Assembly: GCA_016928395.1 (NCBI GenBank)
Contig: JAFGKV010000078.1
Span: 1 to 29,241 of the forward strand
Length of the DNA: 29,241 bases
Source: Candidatus Fermentibacterota bacterium
GTDB lineage: Bacteria; JAFGKV01
Direction: 5' to 3'
Part shown: one piece after another, positions 28,701-29,241 of the stretch
How the letters are laid out: each line of letters starts with the position of its first letter
Numbering within the stretch: the first letter of the stretch is position 1
The notes under the pieces: generated by a model
What the model was told of the DNA's origin: nothing
Databases searched by the model: none
The model's input: the letters and a program-made list of their open reading frames with translations, nothing else
Translations under genes and position numbers: made by a program

Positions 28701-29144
28701 CCCCGTGTGGTGACCATCCCCGGCTCGGAAGCGCGAATCTACTGCCGCAACAAACGCTGGACCTGGGATTCCGTGCCGCCGGCGGCACCTGCGACGGTGA
28801 CGCTGACTCCAGGCACGGGGTCGATCACCATCTCGTGGTCTGCCGTGACCACCGACAGCCTCGGGCAACCGGAGAATGTTGCCTACTACGAAATCTTTCG
28901 CAGCACAGAGGCCTACTTCGATGCCGAGAGCCAGACATTCTTCGCTTCGGCCAGCGGCACGACCTACGTCGACAACTCACCGCCCGCAGGCAAGGTATTC
29001 TACCGCGTTCTCGCCTGGGATACATCGGGAAACCGCGGCGCATCATCCGTTGCCGAAGGCTGTTTCGACTTCTCCACCGGCGGCTCTGCCCAAGGCTCCT
29101 CCGCGTCCTTGGGTGGGCGATCCCGGCTGGGTCTGTTCAGATAG
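25731..29144 (+). CDS. Secreted multidomain GH13-family alpha-glucan-active enzyme (1137 aa). Domains: signal peptide, about 430 aa of N-terminal beta-sandwich/putative starch-binding modules, CBM48, (beta/alpha)8 catalytic domain, C-terminal FN3-like domain.
   Basis: Signal peptide MRRCLMIALLLVPVVANANA. GGGAGG RBS. CBM48: VTFMLWAPGKHFVTLPGDFNSWD…YEYRFLVDG. GH13 regions: I AILIDMVFNHL, II VDGFRYDAT (nucleophile Asp), IV NYTESHDEQ. The C-terminus has an FN3-like domain. Confidence 0.85.
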   Translation: MRRCLMIALLLVPVVANANAYHTITVDGNLSEWDTAGEKWTTSTLGKYGYITWDADSLYIGFEGINIGDHGGYNQALFAAIDIDPMPGLSEGAGDSTLPYEQYYAGSTVNLPFNADFLYSAKASAGAPEKHVWQHDGSSWFRDGAGGTSDLRSEIHVAWSTSYFEMAIPRSHFAYGSHIHMVMYAKDLSSNSGWGWLYAGVPDNGTSDGNNDKTFSHFYGFRLGPDIRPNDGIFYDAAQGSVFWTGDPPGPNDTVEILIRDCTQGGNLHWGVNNDDGTWTQPIAAYWPAGSSASGTGAVESPLTGPDGSGECTISVGPFNTGEQLVLTVDFVIHWDDDTWDNNGGLDYQIALWLVPRAGEPTATLSYPPSDTSFVQGDTVSVAWSSTGATQTTLWLDGVDVATSSPYEWYTETDSLGRHLLVVEAQNAGGAVAFDYGYAWVTPTVEEEEPPAGASPGAYDNGDGTVTFMLWAPGKHFVTLPGDFNSWDSDATLLKVYADSVWWTTLSLSNGTYEYRFLVDGILPIADPYSRQLNWTSGGSQSGDWRIAKSVIEVGAAQFAWTDGSWTAPAPEDMIIYETHLGDFSESGDFAGLEARLPYLASLGINAVEIMPCYEFPGGISWGYNPAYFMAPEAVYGTPEDLKSLVDTAHSYGIAILIDMVFNHLDASASLYRLYGTDWDASPWFHAMTNPWGFPDLNHWSDGTKQLTKDVLEIWMDEYHVDGFRYDATTFIGWDGVGDDTGNGIGYFTYVAWDHNNDVYQVLEHLPQDPAVVAGTKATSGWHDTFHDQMKANLREGQFEGSSYGNMTVTGQAIHYAGDGFADESEVVNYTESHDEQRIIWEAQTNPTIDYALAVKKSRLGAAILFASTGTPMMYHGQEFGEDTERTIDPNPLHWEYLEQPVGASLFQLYSRLIWLRKNYPSLTSGNLFTTLQDDANHTISFWRWTDAGTDSVVVVANFDRSAKAVSVAFPVTGTWYEFLGDSTVSVGSSPRVVTIPGSEARIYCRNKRWTWDSVPPAAPATVTLTPGTGSITISWSAVTTDSLGQPENVAYYEIFRSTEAYFDAESQTFFASASGTTYVDNSPPAGKVFYRVLAWDTSGNRGASSVAEGCFDFSTGGSAQGSSASLGGRSRLGLFR

Positions 29145-29149
29145 CACAA

Positions 29150-29182
29150 GGTTCTGAGGGGCGGATTCCGCCCCTCAGAACC
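29150..29182 (+). terminator. Perfect 15-bp hairpin (ggttctgaggggcgg / ccgcccctcagaacc) 6 nt after the GH13 stop, a likely terminator. A second 9-bp hairpin lies at 29201-29226.
   Basis: Inverted repeats read directly from the sequence. Confidence 0.45.
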
Positions 29183-29241
29183 AGACCAGTAGCAGCGTAG
29201 GTTGGGTTAGCGCAGCGTAACCCAACATGCCCGATCACTCA

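Overview
GC-rich (about 65%) bacterial chromosomal window with dense, convincing coding on both strands. I found no rRNA, tRNA, CRISPR array or transposase. Gene content, 5' to 3': (1) the 3' end of a secreted MAM-like/PPC-domain protein with a T9SS/FlgD-type C-terminal sorting domain. (2) A two-gene plus-strand unit: an unusual fusion of a cyclic-di-GMP-receptor-type MshEN (T2SSE_N) domain to a DnaA domain-III (Hda-like, no DNA-binding domain IV) AAA+ module, followed by an OPT-family transporter. (3) A long minus-strand array running from about 17.8 kb down to 5.1 kb: secreted hypothetical, aroQ, valS, gmd, rmd-like, manC, GAF-histidine kinase, REC-GGDEF response regulator, wzm, wzt, lipoprotein. 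This is a Pseudomonas-CPA-like GDP-D-rhamnose precursor plus Wzm/Wzt ABC exporter locus with a c-di-GMP-producing two-component pair between precursor and export genes. Several junctions in this array are ATGA-type stop/start overlaps. (4) trpS. (5) A secreted glycine-rich protein built from about 15 tandem 15-residue repeats, with 45-bp DNA periodicity. (6) An EamA/DMT transporter and an SPFH/band-7 protein. (7) A translationally coupled PmbA/TldD pair in which only TldD carries a twin-arginine signal. (8) A 1137-aa secreted multi-domain GH13 alpha-glucan enzyme (CBM48 plus catalytic domain plus FN3). The ORF track uses GTG/TTG starts translated as M, so several starts were refined using signal peptides, Shine-Dalgarno motifs and neighbouring stop codons. 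Many long antisense ORFs are typical high-GC artefacts and were rejected.
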